IMG/VR virus record: IMGVR_UViG_2671180984_000014
DNA length: 64,000 nt
Origin: a virus
Taxonomy: Duplodnaviria; Heunggongvirae; Uroviricota; Caudoviricetes
Direction: 5' to 3' (one strand)
Part shown: positions 29,555 to 42,266 of the stretch, one piece after another
Layout of the letters: every line of letters starts with the position of its first letter
Position numbering within the stretch: position 1 is the stretch's first letter
Made by a program: the position numbers and the translations under genes
The notes under the pieces: model-generated
Database searches by the model: none
The model's input: only the letters and a program-made list of their open reading frames with translations
What the model was told of the DNA's origin: nothing

Positions 29555-30452
29555 GCACTGGAAAAACATTACTATTTATAAACTTTCTCGTGAGGCGGAT
29601 CTGACCGACTTAGAAGATAAAAAGAAAATGATCCTTTTCACGCCATGCGGTAGTCAGGATATGGCCAAGTTCGGTTTTGTATCGCCATTTGGTGATAATT
29701 CTGAAGTTATCGCTATGCATGGAAATGGTTTTATCCTTGTTGAAGCAAAGCGCGAAACAAAAATTCTTCCCCCGCCGGTTATCCAGCGAGCTATTCAAGA
29801 AAAAATTGAAAAACTTGAGCAAGAACAAGCGCGTAAACTGAAGAAAACAGAGAAGGACTCCCTGAAAGACGAAGTTCTGCATTCTCTTCTGCCACGGGCT
29901 TTTTCAAAGTTTTCTGTTATCCAGGCGATCTACGACGGTTCAACTAAACGTATCTATATCAATGCCAGCGCGCGGCAGGCAGAGGATATGCTCGCGCTTA
30001 TGCGTAAGTCTCTGGGTTCTCTTCCTGCTGTTTCCCTGAGTGTTGAAAATCCCATTGAATTAACGCTGACCGACTGGGTACGTGATGGTAGTGCTCCACA
30101 GGGATTTCAAATGGGGGATGCGGCAGAACTTAAGGCAGTGCTTGAGGATGGCGGTATTGCCCGAGTGAAAAAGCAGGATTTGGGAAGCGATGAAATTTCC
30201 ACACACCTGGAAGCTGGCAAGCTCGTCACTAAGTTGGCACTCGACTGGCAGAACCGCATTAAATTTACACTGGACCATAACTTCAGCCTTACCAGCGTCA
30301 AATTTGCGGATGAATTGCTTGAGCAGAACTCTGATATTGATAGTGAAGATGTTGCGCAGCGACTGGACGCAGATTTCTTCCTGTTGACCAGTGAAATTTC
30401 GTGCCTGGTTGATGCTCTGGTAAATGCCCTTGGCGGAGAGGCTAAGCAGTGA
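29547..30452 (+). CDS. hrdC: RdgC homolog (recombination-associated protein)
   Basis: [16 protein letters not shown]...[15 protein letters not shown]...[30 protein letters not shown] aligns along full length with E. coli RdgC; start set at internal ATG 29547. Confidence 0.8.
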   Translation: MFKHWKNITIYKLSREADLTDLEDKKKMILFTPCGSQDMAKFGFVSPFGDNSEVIAMHGNGFILVEAKRETKILPPPVIQRAIQEKIEKLEQEQARKLKKTEKDSLKDEVLHSLLPRAFSKFSVIQAIYDGSTKRIYINASARQAEDMLALMRKSLGSLPAVSLSVENPIELTLTDWVRDGSAPQGFQMGDAAELKAVLEDGGIARVKKQDLGSDEISTHLEAGKLVTKLALDWQNRIKFTLDHNFSLTSVKFADELLEQNSDIDSEDVAQRLDADFFLLTSEISCLVDALVNALGGEAKQ

Positions 30453-33400
30453 AAGAGCTGTGCTATGGATCTGTTTGCAGTGGAATTGAAGCCGCGAGTA
30501 TTGCCTGGGAACCGTTGGGTATGCGTCCGGCGTGGTTTGCTGAAATCGAGCCTTTTCCATCGGCCGTTCTTGCGCTCCGCTGGCCCCATGTTGCCAACCT
30601 TGGCGACATGAAAAAACTTGCCAAAAAAGTCTTGGCTGGGGAAATCGAATCCCCTGACGTGCTCGTCGGGGGAACACCATGTTTTACCGCGGGGCATATG
30701 GTTCTTTGTAAAAATGGCTATAAACCAATAGAAAATGTTTGCCCTGGTGATTACGTAGTCAGTCATCTCGGGCGGTTACAACAAGTAAAAAGAGTTGGTT
30801 CAAAAATAGCTAATACGGGGTTACTTAATGCCGTTGGGCAGCCTTTAGGTATAAGAACAACCAATGACCATCCCTTCCTGGCTGTTCGGTGGAAAGCCCA
30901 AAACACCCGGAAAAATGGCACATATTTTAAGAGAGAGTTGTTGTCTGAACCGGAATGGCGAGCAGCATGTGATATGCCGGGATATCAATGGTGCGCTCTA
31001 ACTAATTTCAATATTGCATTTCCAGATATTTGTTCTCGGTTCTTGTCTGAAGAACAGGCTATGTATCTTGCGGGCGCTTATGTTGGCGATGGATATATTA
31101 GGAGATGGAGAGGTAAATCTAAGAAGGCGGTTGTTTTTGGCATAAATTGCCAGAAATTGAGAAAGTTTCATTGCCGCATACCAGAAAACATATTTTCCGT
31201 GGCAAGCGAAATCCGAGGGAGCATCAAAGTAACCTTGAATGATACGTGTTATGCCAATTGGCTTAATGAACATTTTGGCGAGTTAAGCCATGCTAAGCGT
31301 ATCCCTGCATGGGTGATGTCGCATCCATTGCGTCATGTGTTTTTACAAGGCTATCTTGATACTGATGGGACACCAAGTGGTAAAGCGGGATTTAGAATTA
31401 ATAGTGTTAGTTCTGCGCTTGCTTGGGGCGTTGCGGGGTTGTCACAGACTTGTGGTTATGTTTCTTCGGTCAGCTTTATTGAAGTTGAGCCCAAAAAAGT
31501 GATCGAGGATCGCGTGGTAAATCAACGGAATTATTATCAGGTAACAATCTGCCCGCAGAAATTGTCACGTAAATCAAGATTGGCTCATGGAATGCTTTTA
31601 CGAACAGTCAAAGAGTTTAAATCGGTAGGCCTAGATACTGTATACAACATAGAAGTCGAAGGTGATCATTCCTATATCCTCAATGGTGCGGTGGTCCATA
31701 ACTGTCAGGCATTCAGTATCGCGGGATTACGTGGTGGGCTTGATGATGAGCGTGGCGCGCTAACTTTAAAGTATGTGGAGCTTGCAAATGCAATTGACGA
31801 CAAACGGGCTGAGTCATTTCTCAAACCAGCCGTTATCGTCTGGGAAAATGTCCCAGGAGTCTTGTCATCGGCAGATAACGCCTTCGGATGTTTCCTTGCC
31901 GGATTGGCTGGAGAAGATGTGCCATTTGAACCAGGTGATCGACCTGAATCAGGAAAAAGCAACGCGTTCTGGCGGTGGGATGGCAAAACCGGTTGCCATG
32001 TTCCAAAGTGGCCGCAGTGTGGTTGTATTTATGGACCGCAGCGAAAAGTGGCCTGGAGAATCCTTGATGCCCAATACTTCGGAGTGGCACAACGACGCCG
32101 ACGCGTGTTTGTTGTCGCAAGTGCTCGAACAGATCTCGATCCCGCAACGGTACTTTTTGAGTTCGAAGGCGTGCGCCGGAATATTGCGCCGAGCAGAGGC
32201 GAGGGGAAGGAAACTACCAGATATACTTCAAACATCGCTATCAGAACTTGCGATGATACAAACATAATTGCCATGGCACATGGGCAAGGAGGGGCTGAGA
32301 TAAAAACCGATAATTCGGCACCAACTTTGACATGTAACCATGAAGCACCAATTGTATTGCTCGGCGACGGTAGAATGCGCCGTCTTACCCCTGTCGAATG
32401 TGAAAGGCTGCAAGGTTTTCCTGATTGGCATACGTTGATCCCTACGGAAAAGCGTAAAAAAGTTAATTCAGATGAACTGGCATATCTGCACAATCACTAT
32501 CCAGATTTAAGCGAAGAAGAGGCCGCAATGCTTGCAGCTGACGGACCGCGTTACAAAGCGATCGGCAATAGTATGGCAATACCAGTAATGCGCTGGATTG
32601 GCGATCGGATTACTAAGGCCGTATGTCGGCAGAAAGAAGGAAGTGAAACAAAAGAGCGAAAAGTTAAACCAGCGGCAGAATTCGAACGGTCCATATTCAA
32701 ATGGGCTGGTGGAAAATTTGGTGTTCTGGAACAAATCTTTCGCTATTTGCCAGAAGGGAAGCGCCTGATTGAACCTTTCGTTGGTGGCGGAGCTGTCTTC
32801 ATGAATGCCGGATACCAGGAAAATCTGCTAAATGATGTGAATGCTGACCTGATTAACTTTTACAAGACTCTGCAACGCGAGGCGCATTCACTTATCACTC
32901 TGGCACATCGTTTCTTCCAGGACTACAACACACAGGAAGGATACCTGGCAGTACGGAATGCGTTTAACAAACAAGTCTATGATGATTTACATCGCGCAGC
33001 GGCGTTTTTGTTCCTGAACCGACATTGTTTTAACGGATTGACGCGTTACAACCAGGCCGGTGAGTTCAATGTCGGTTATGGGAAGTATAAAACTCCGTAT
33101 TTCCCATTACAGGAGATGGAAGCCTTCCTCGGTGCGGAAGGGCGGTCTGAGTTTGTATGCGGTGATTTTGCAGCGGTGATTGAAGCTGCCGGAGAAGGAG
33201 ATGTCATCTTTTGCGATCCGCCGTATGAACCGCTTCCAAATACAGAGGGATTCACGAACTATTCCGGTCATGACTTTAAGTTTGAAGAGCAAAAACGCCT
33301 GGTGTCTCTGTTGACGGATGCTCATCGTCGAGGTGCAAAGGTTCTCATTACTAACAGTGGCGCGCCAAACATCAGAGAGCTTTATCATGACAGTGGCTTC

Positions 33401-33490
33401 AGAGTGGAACCTCTTTTTGCCAGACGTTCTGTGTCTTGTAAGGGGGACACTCGAGGTGTAGCTCATGACGTTTTGGGTATATTGCTCTAA
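30449..33490 (+). CDS. dmt: bifunctional DNA methyltransferase: N-terminal C5-cytosine MTase (intein-interrupted) fused to C-terminal Dam-like N6-adenine MTase
   Basis: GTG start overlapping hrdC stop; C5 motifs GGTP|[22 protein letters not shown]; Dam motifs KWAGGK and DPPY. Confidence 0.8.
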   Translation: MKELCYGSVCSGIEAASIAWEPLGMRPAWFAEIEPFPSAVLALRWPHVANLGDMKKLAKKVLAGEIESPDVLVGGTPCFTAGHMVLCKNGYKPIENVCPGDYVVSHLGRLQQVKRVGSKIANTGLLNAVGQPLGIRTTNDHPFLAVRWKAQNTRKNGTYFKRELLSEPEWRAACDMPGYQWCALTNFNIAFPDICSRFLSEEQAMYLAGAYVGDGYIRRWRGKSKKAVVFGINCQKLRKFHCRIPENIFSVASEIRGSIKVTLNDTCYANWLNEHFGELSHAKRIPAWVMSHPLRHVFLQGYLDTDGTPSGKAGFRINSVSSALAWGVAGLSQTCGYVSSVSFIEVEPKKVIEDRVVNQRNYYQVTICPQKLSRKSRLAHGMLLRTVKEFKSVGLDTVYNIEVEGDHSYILNGAVVHNCQAFSIAGLRGGLDDERGALTLKYVELANAIDDKRAESFLKPAVIVWENVPGVLSSADNAFGCFLAGLAGEDVPFEPGDRPESGKSNAFWRWDGKTGCHVPKWPQCGCIYGPQRKVAWRILDAQYFGVAQRRRRVFVVASARTDLDPATVLFEFEGVRRNIAPSRGEGKETTRYTSNIAIRTCDDTNIIAMAHGQGGAEIKTDNSAPTLTCNHEAPIVLLGDGRMRRLTPVECERLQGFPDWHTLIPTEKRKKVNSDELAYLHNHYPDLSEEEAAMLAADGPRYKAIGNSMAIPVMRWIGDRITKAVCRQKEGSETKERKVKPAAEFERSIFKWAGGKFGVLEQIFRYLPEGKRLIEPFVGGGAVFMNAGYQENLLNDVNADLINFYKTLQREAHSLITLAHRFFQDYNTQEGYLAVRNAFNKQVYDDLHRAAAFLFLNRHCFNGLTRYNQAGEFNVGYGKYKTPYFPLQEMEAFLGAEGRSEFVCGDFAAVIEAAGEGDVIFCDPPYEPLPNTEGFTNYSGHDFKFEEQKRLVSLLTDAHRRGAKVLITNSGAPNIRELYHDSGFRVEPLFARRSVSCKGDTRGVAHDVLGILL
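30680..31702 (+). other. intein (341 aa) with LAGLIDADG homing-endonuclease core inside dmt
   Basis: Begins Cys ([20 protein letters not shown]), block [19 protein letters not shown] and [10 protein letters not shown], ends [21 protein letters not shown] followed by Cys+1. Confidence 0.8.
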
Positions 33491-33497
33491 TAAATTT
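33481..33497 (+). promoter_or_regulatory. C1-type operator, exact consensus ATTGCTCTAATAAATTT
   Basis: 17/17; precedes the tRNA/ban operon. Confidence 0.75.
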
Positions 33498-34162
33498 ATT
33501 AGTGTAATATTACCTCAATGAATCGTGATTTATAGAGCGATTTAGCTGTTAGCCGCGACAGGCGCGGCGGTAAGCATGGCTGGGCCTAGTCCTCCCAGAC
33601 AAACCACCGAGTTGCCAGGTTGACCATGCGCCTAAGTGGCAACGCCGAAGTGCGTTACGAGCGTCCAGTTTGCCCATCTTCGGGTGGGCGTTTTTTTCAG
33701 GGTTTTCGTCATGGTTAGCGACTTTGCGGCGGTTTAGAAACTGACCATTAAAGTAAATGCAAACGATGATCTGATGATGGTAGCGGCCTAAGAAGCCAGA
33801 TGCCATGGGGTATGAGTCGTCCCCCGTCAAAAAATCGACCGCAGAGTGTCCCCGTCTGTGTATTAGGGAACGGGGAGGCACAACAGGTAAGGGCGCTGGT
33901 GTGATTAACCAGATGAACGAGAAGGGGCCATCTGTTGGTCAGCGTCCTTTCCTGTTGCGTTTTCTTTTCAGCGTAACAGCGGTGCTTAACAGCACTTTGG
34001 GTACAGTTCCACGAATTTACGGGTATATCCCGTCATGCTGAAGGCGCTAATCACGCTGGAAGCCAGGGTTATGCATCCCCTGTTACCGAATTGCAGCCAG
34101 GGCGCGGTGCGCCGAAAAGCATACGGAGGTGGAAGCCCTCGCCGGAGACGTACCCGGCAAGT

Positions 34163-34237
34163 GATGGTGTAGCTCAGCGGTAGAGCAGTTGGCTGTTAAC
34201 CAACTGGTCGGTAGTTCGAATCCACCCACCATCGCCA
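34163..34237 (+). tRNA. tRNA-Asn (anticodon GTT)
   Basis: Acceptor GATGGTG/CACCATC, anticodon loop CTGTTAA, T-loop TTCGAAT, 3' GCCA. Confidence 0.8.
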
Positions 34238-34242
34238 CTTTA

Positions 34243-34328
34243 GGGGAGTTAGTCCGTAGGGGTAGCGGGGTAGACTGTAAATCTACTGTCATTGCGACTC
34301 GGGTGGTTCGACTCCATCACTCCCCACC
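34243..34328 (+). tRNA. tRNA-like element, anticodon loop CTGTAAA (GUA, Tyr-like) with long variable arm and irregular D-arm
   Basis: Acceptor GGGGAGT/ACTCCCC, perfect anticodon stem GTAGA/TCTAC, T-arm GGTGGTTCGACTCCATC, ACCA end; D-arm does not fold canonically. Confidence 0.4.
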
Positions 34329-34333
34329 ACATT

Positions 34334-34409
34334 GCCGATTTAGCTCAGTTGGTAGAGCAGTCGCTTTGTAAGCGAATGGTCAGCGGTTCGATCCCGTTAA
34401 TCGGCACCA
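34334..34409 (+). tRNA. tRNA-Thr (anticodon TGT)
   Basis: Acceptor GCCGATT/AATCGGC, D-arm GCTCAGTTGGTAGAGC, anticodon loop TTTGTAA, T-loop TTCGATC, CCA. Confidence 0.8.
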
Positions 34410-35282
34410 ACATAACAGGTAAGAGCATTCTCCCTTATGGGGCCTGGCTTAAATGCATCGAGTGCTCTTACCGTTGTGATGAAGTGCAGATCTTAGAAGC
34501 AACCAGAAGATAAGCATCTGGCTTCACAACATAAACCGCAGGAACGACCAATAAACGGTAGTCCGTATGGAGAACACCCCGTTGAGGAAGAGGCCTGGCC
34601 GGAACCGTAACCGGCGACTGGTAATGTGTGTAAATGGAGCGAAATATGTGGGCGTTTAACGGGATACGGGTTGTAACAGCGATTATTAACGGCGAACTTA
34701 AGTATTCACGTTTCGAGACAAATGAACGTGATGGGAAATGTATTGGTGTGCGGTTAGTAAGAGAATACGCATAACAACTACAACGTTGAGAACACTGGCG
34801 TAACGGGGTCATATCCCAATCTACGAATAAATGTTGCGTTGCCGCGTGACAACCAGTGTTCTCAACATTGTGGTGAATGCACAGGCTGATGTGCCGCAAC
34901 TACAGTAGTGCGCGCTTTGCGGGGCTTGCTACAACCCTGTGTCGGAGTTCAGCACCGACCATCACAGTTTGATTCTCTGGCATGAGCATAACGCTGAAAT
35001 AAGTCCAGTCTGGTGCGGTCTGATCACCCGCCGTTAGCTCCACGAAACGGAGCACGTAACAGGTAAGAGCATTCTCCTGTAACGGGTTCATATCCCAATC
35101 TACAGGTCCACCAAGAATGCTCTTTCCGTTGCGGTGAATGCGGCTAAGCGCACGCGGGGAAATGGTTATATCTGTCCATTATTTCTCCTTGTTTCCACGT
35201 CCACGGTGGATAACCAGCCAAAGGACACCGGGAGGAACCCGGCACCGCAGCTTTTTTATTCGTTAAATAATGGAGTGAGAGG

Positions 35283-35519
35283 ATGCAGAACAATCCGAAC
35301 AAATGTCGAACGCTATGGGTGCGGTTATATATTTATGCCGTCCTCTGTTTGATTGTGTCACTGGTTCTGTATGTTTGGCTTTTGCCAAATATGATCTCAT
35401 CTAACAGCACAATACTTGTATTGTTGGGAGTCCTTCTCGCGCTCATTTACCCGGCTTTCGCAGTAGTCTTTTTTCGTGAAAAAACCAGGAAATTAATTAA
35501 TGAAAAAAACGTTGATTAG
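35283..35519 (+). CDS. small membrane protein (78 aa)
   Basis: Two hydrophobic helices; coupled to downstream lipoprotein gene. Confidence 0.4.
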   Translation: MQNNPNKCRTLWVRLYIYAVLCLIVSLVLYVWLLPNMISSNSTILVLLGVLLALIYPAFAVVFFREKTRKLINEKNVD

Positions 35520-36327
35520 TGCAGCGATTATTTTGGGTTCTTTATGTCTGACCGGATGCGATCGGGTAGAGCCAGGTAACGTAGGGATCAAAGTAAATAA
35601 GCTGGGGGATGATAAAGGTATCGGTGAAGTAGTTGGCGTTGGTCGCTACTGGACAGGCTTGAATACTGAAGTTTATATCTTCCCGACCTTTAAGCAAATG
35701 AAGACATACGATGAGCCGTTCAGCTTCCAGATGAGCGACGGAACAACCATTGGTTACCACATCGGCGTAGCCTACAAGGTTGATCCAGCAAAAGTCACAA
35801 CGGTATTTCAGACCTATCGCAAAGGTGTAGATGATATTACTGATACCGATCTACGCCAGAAGGTTGCAGATGCTCTGAACCGATTAGCCAGCAAAATGAC
35901 CACCGACAAATTTATCGACGGTGGCAAATCTGAATTGCTTGATGCAGCCCTTAAAGACATTCAGGAAGAAATGACGCCAATCGGCATTCAGGTGATGAGC
36001 CTCTCTTATGTAGGTAAGCCAGAATACCCGCCAACAGTTATTGACAGTATTAACGCCAAAGTCACGGCAAACCAAAAAACCCTGCAACGCGAGCAAGAGG
36101 TCAAACAACGTGAAGCAGAGGCCAACATGCTGCGCGCGGAAGCTGCCGGACAGGCTGATGCTATTCGCACAAAAGCCCAGGCCGAAGCTGATGCCATTCG
36201 TTTACGTGGTGAAGCTCTGCGCCAGAACCCCGGTGTTATGGACTTGGAAGCGATCAACAAATGGAACGGTACATTACCGCAGTATATGACCAGTAATACC
36301 GCTGTTCCGTTTGTTCCGGTGAAATAA
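35500..36327 (+). CDS. SPFH/band-7 domain lipoprotein (275 aa)
   Basis: Lipobox LCLTGC; prohibitin/HflC-like core and Ala/Glu/Arg-rich coiled-coil tail. Confidence 0.6.
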   Translation: MKKTLISAAIILGSLCLTGCDRVEPGNVGIKVNKLGDDKGIGEVVGVGRYWTGLNTEVYIFPTFKQMKTYDEPFSFQMSDGTTIGYHIGVAYKVDPAKVTTVFQTYRKGVDDITDTDLRQKVADALNRLASKMTTDKFIDGGKSELLDAALKDIQEEMTPIGIQVMSLSYVGKPEYPPTVIDSINAKVTANQKTLQREQEVKQREAEANMLRAEAAGQADAIRTKAQAEADAIRLRGEALRQNPGVMDLEAINKWNGTLPQYMTSNTAVPFVPVK

Positions 36328-36354
36328 AAGCGTAAGCAAAATTGGCAGTAATCC

Positions 36355-36430
36355 GGCCCTTTAGCTCAGTGGTTAGAGCTGGCGACTCATAATCGCACGG
36401 TCACCGGTTCAAGTCCGGTAGGGGCCACCA
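36355..36430 (+). tRNA. tRNA-Ile2 type (anticodon CAT; could be read as Met without lysidine)
   Basis: Near-identical in architecture to E. coli ileX: acceptor GGCCCTT/AGGGGCC, anticodon loop CTCATAA, T-loop TTCAAGT, CCA. Confidence 0.8.
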
Positions 36431-36710
36431 TATTTGGTTGTAACACGGCGTCTGGCACATGCGTCGTTAGCGGTCTGGTGACGTTAAAGGGGTAACCTTT
36501 CCCCTAGCTCAGGCAACAAACCAGGTAGCCGGAATGTGCAAGCCCCGTTCATAGCGTCGGACTGCGGATTCACCATCCTGGCGATTCGGTGTGACAGCCG
36601 GGAAGAGTCCGGCGCATTAATCCTGATTTTCTGGTGATGACTCATATCGTTAGGAGTGATTTGAGTATGCCGATTATATCTGACATTCAGCACGCCTGGG
36701 TGGAGTGCTA

Positions 36711-38075
36711 ATGTCTGCATCCCCTCTTGAATCCATGCCAAATTCCCTTAGTGCAGAACAAGCTGTACTTGGTGGCTTAATGCTTGATAACTGCCGCTGG
36801 GATGAAGTTGCAGATCGTATAGTTGCTGATGATTTTTATACCAGTGCTCATCGTGAAATTTTCAGTGAGATGGAGAGGTTATTAAGTCATGGCAAACCGA
36901 TTGATTTGATAACACTTGCTGAAGCACTTGAACAGAACGGTAAATTAGAACGCGCCGGTGGTTTTGCGTACCTTGCGGAGATGTCAAAGAACACGCCCAG
37001 CGCGGCAAATATTTGTGCTTATGCGGATATCGTTCGTGAACGCGCGGTTGTTCGTGAAATGATTTCCGTCGCAAATGAAATAGCTGAAGCTGGATATGCG
37101 CAGGATGGCAGGGGCAGCAATGAATTGCTGGATATGGCCGAGCGCCGCGTTTTTGAAATAGCTGAAAAACGACAAAAGAGCGGTAGTGGTCCAAAAGATA
37201 TCGCCAGCATTCTCGATGCAACGGTATCTCGCATAGAAGAGTTGTTTCAGCGACCGCATGATGGTGTAACGGGGCTTGATACCGGATTTACCGATCTCAA
37301 TAAGAAGACGGCAGGACTTCAGGCGTCCGATCTCATTATTGTCGCCGCCCGCCCATCGATGGGGAAGACTACGTTTGCGATGAATCTCGTCGAAAATGCC
37401 GCAGTCCGTAACGATAAGCCCGTATTGGTTTTTAGCCTTGAGATGCCGAGCCACCAACTGATGATGCGCTCACTGGCTTCTCTTGCACGCGTTGATCAGA
37501 CTCGTATTCGAACAGGGCAACTTAACGACGAGGATTGGGCGCGGGTTTCTGGCGCAATGGGGATTCTGTTGGACAAGCAGAATATTTTTATTGATGACTC
37601 AAGCGCCCTAACACCTACAGAGCTTCGTTCCCGCGCTCGTCGTGTTTATAAAGAAAATGGTGGTTTGAGCATGATTATGATCGACTACCTGCAACTTATG
37701 CGCGTCCCCGAGCTGCAAGATAACCGAACGCTGGAAATTGCCGAGATTTCTCGCTCACTGAAGGCTTTGGCGAAGGAATTACAAGTACCGGTGGTGGCAT
37801 TGTCACAACTTAATCGATCGCTTGAACAGCGTGCGGACAAACGACCGGTAAATTCAGATTTACGTGAATCAGGAGCAATTGAGCAGGACGCAGACCTGAT
37901 CATGTTTCTGTATCGCGACGAAGTTTATCACCCGGATAGCGAAATGAAGGGCATTGCCGAGGTAATTATCGGAAAGCAACGAAATGGCCCAATTGGCACG
38001 GTGAGATTGGCTTTTAACGGCCAATACTCACGGTTTGATAACTATGCTGGTGCTGACTGGCAAGAGGATTATTAA
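36711..38075 (+). CDS. ban: DnaB-family replicative helicase (Ban)
   Basis: DnaB N-terminal domain, Walker A RPSMGKTTFAMN, RecA-like core; ATG 36711 preferred over GTG 36705. Confidence 0.85.
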   Translation: MSASPLESMPNSLSAEQAVLGGLMLDNCRWDEVADRIVADDFYTSAHREIFSEMERLLSHGKPIDLITLAEALEQNGKLERAGGFAYLAEMSKNTPSAANICAYADIVRERAVVREMISVANEIAEAGYAQDGRGSNELLDMAERRVFEIAEKRQKSGSGPKDIASILDATVSRIEELFQRPHDGVTGLDTGFTDLNKKTAGLQASDLIIVAARPSMGKTTFAMNLVENAAVRNDKPVLVFSLEMPSHQLMMRSLASLARVDQTRIRTGQLNDEDWARVSGAMGILLDKQNIFIDDSSALTPTELRSRARRVYKENGGLSMIMIDYLQLMRVPELQDNRTLEIAEISRSLKALAKELQVPVVALSQLNRSLEQRADKRPVNSDLRESGAIEQDADLIMFLYRDEVYHPDSEMKGIAEVIIGKQRNGPIGTVRLAFNGQYSRFDNYAGADWQEDY

Positions 38076-39073
38076 TGCAATGGAATGAGGAAAAGCCGAT
38101 GAACATCCTGATCATTGGGCGAAAATTTGAAGCTATCAGTGATGTGAAAACATATACGGAAATGTGGGCTTACAACCTGGCCTGCGCCTTTAGTGAGGCA
38201 GGGGTAACATTGCAATTCCATCGTCCATATTCCCCCGGCGTCGAAAGCCCGGAGGATTATGTTGAAGCTGTGTTGACCGCTGCGACCTCGTGTTCTGCGA
38301 AAGCCATTTTAGCGCCAGGATTGCGGTATTTTACTACGGTGCCCAGGGAAATAGGCGTGCAACTGCGTCGTCGATTCACTGGATGGGTAGCCCAGGTATA
38401 CGACGGTTCTATGCTGGATTCGGCACCAGTCGATATTACTTTTACTGTCCGCGATGATACCTGGCGGTACCTGGATAATCCCGGCAGGTTAGAGCGTCAT
38501 AATCGCTTTAACAAACATGTTGGATGGGCAGCGAATCAGGATCTGTTCCATCTGGAAACCAAAACAGACGATGTTCTGCGTATTTTTGTAGACCACGCTG
38601 CATTTGATGTTAGTGGGTTTGATCACTCCTTAAGTATCCTTATGAACCTTCAGCGTCTGACCGTTCCGTATGAGGCCAGAACGTTGACCGATGACGGATT
38701 GATTACCATTGATCCGGGGAATATATCGGTAACCCCATACAGACGGACGCCGGTACCAGCAACCGAATTTGCAGCTGAATTGCGTAAGAGTGACGTGTTT
38801 ATCGTTACGCATCCCGAAAGCCTTGGATTAACTGTACTTGAGGCGGCAATGTGCGGGGCGTTGGTATTAACGCCTCCCGATTGCCTTCCGCCAGATCGCC
38901 TGGCTTTGGTGAACCATATGGTTATCAAGTCGCGGATTGATTGGGATGAGGTTATTGCTCGCGTTGATCGCGTGAAAAATGCTGAAAAGGTCCAGTGTCA
39001 CACCTGGTCGGCAATTGCGGAAAAGATGCTTGAGACGTTTATCACGCAGAAACCGTCGCGCGGTAACGGATAA
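38075..39073 (+). CDS. GT1-like glycosyltransferase-fold protein (332 aa)
   Basis: Start overlaps ban stop (TAATG); C-terminal SLGLTVLEAAMCGALVL motif. Confidence 0.45.
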   Translation: MQWNEEKPMNILIIGRKFEAISDVKTYTEMWAYNLACAFSEAGVTLQFHRPYSPGVESPEDYVEAVLTAATSCSAKAILAPGLRYFTTVPREIGVQLRRRFTGWVAQVYDGSMLDSAPVDITFTVRDDTWRYLDNPGRLERHNRFNKHVGWAANQDLFHLETKTDDVLRIFVDHAAFDVSGFDHSLSILMNLQRLTVPYEARTLTDDGLITIDPGNISVTPYRRTPVPATEFAAELRKSDVFIVTHPESLGLTVLEAAMCGALVLTPPDCLPPDRLALVNHMVIKSRIDWDEVIARVDRVKNAEKVQCHTWSAIAEKMLETFITQKPSRGNG

Positions 39074-39096
39074 AAAATTGAACCCGTCATAACAGA

Positions 39097-39119
39097 AAAG
39101 CCCGAACGCCGGGCTTTTC

Positions 39120-39120
<1 letters not shown>
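39097..39120. terminator. bidirectional rho-independent terminator between convergent operons
   Basis: Hairpin AGCCCGAACGCCGGGCT with T-runs on both strands. Confidence 0.6.

Positions 39121-42266
<3,146 letters not shown>

Noticed and set aside
29433-30452. Long version of the rdgC-homolog ORF starting at 29433
   Set aside because: Alignment with RdgC begins at the internal Met (29547); the upstream extension overlaps the preceding small gene.
30998-32734. Several minus-strand ORFs inside dmt (30998-31273, 31705-31986, 32029-32493, 32507-32734)
   Set aside because: Antisense to a gene with clear methyltransferase and intein motifs.
33549-34041. ORFs 33549-33881 (-) and 33805-34041 (+) upstream of the tRNA genes
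   Set aside because: Arg/Gly-rich, no start context, and they overlap predicted RNA structure; region treated as non-coding.
34468-35091. Minus-strand ORFs 34468-34899 and 34900-35091 between tRNA-Thr and the next gene
   Set aside because: Span the repeat-rich structured region, lack ribosome-binding sites and have implausible composition.
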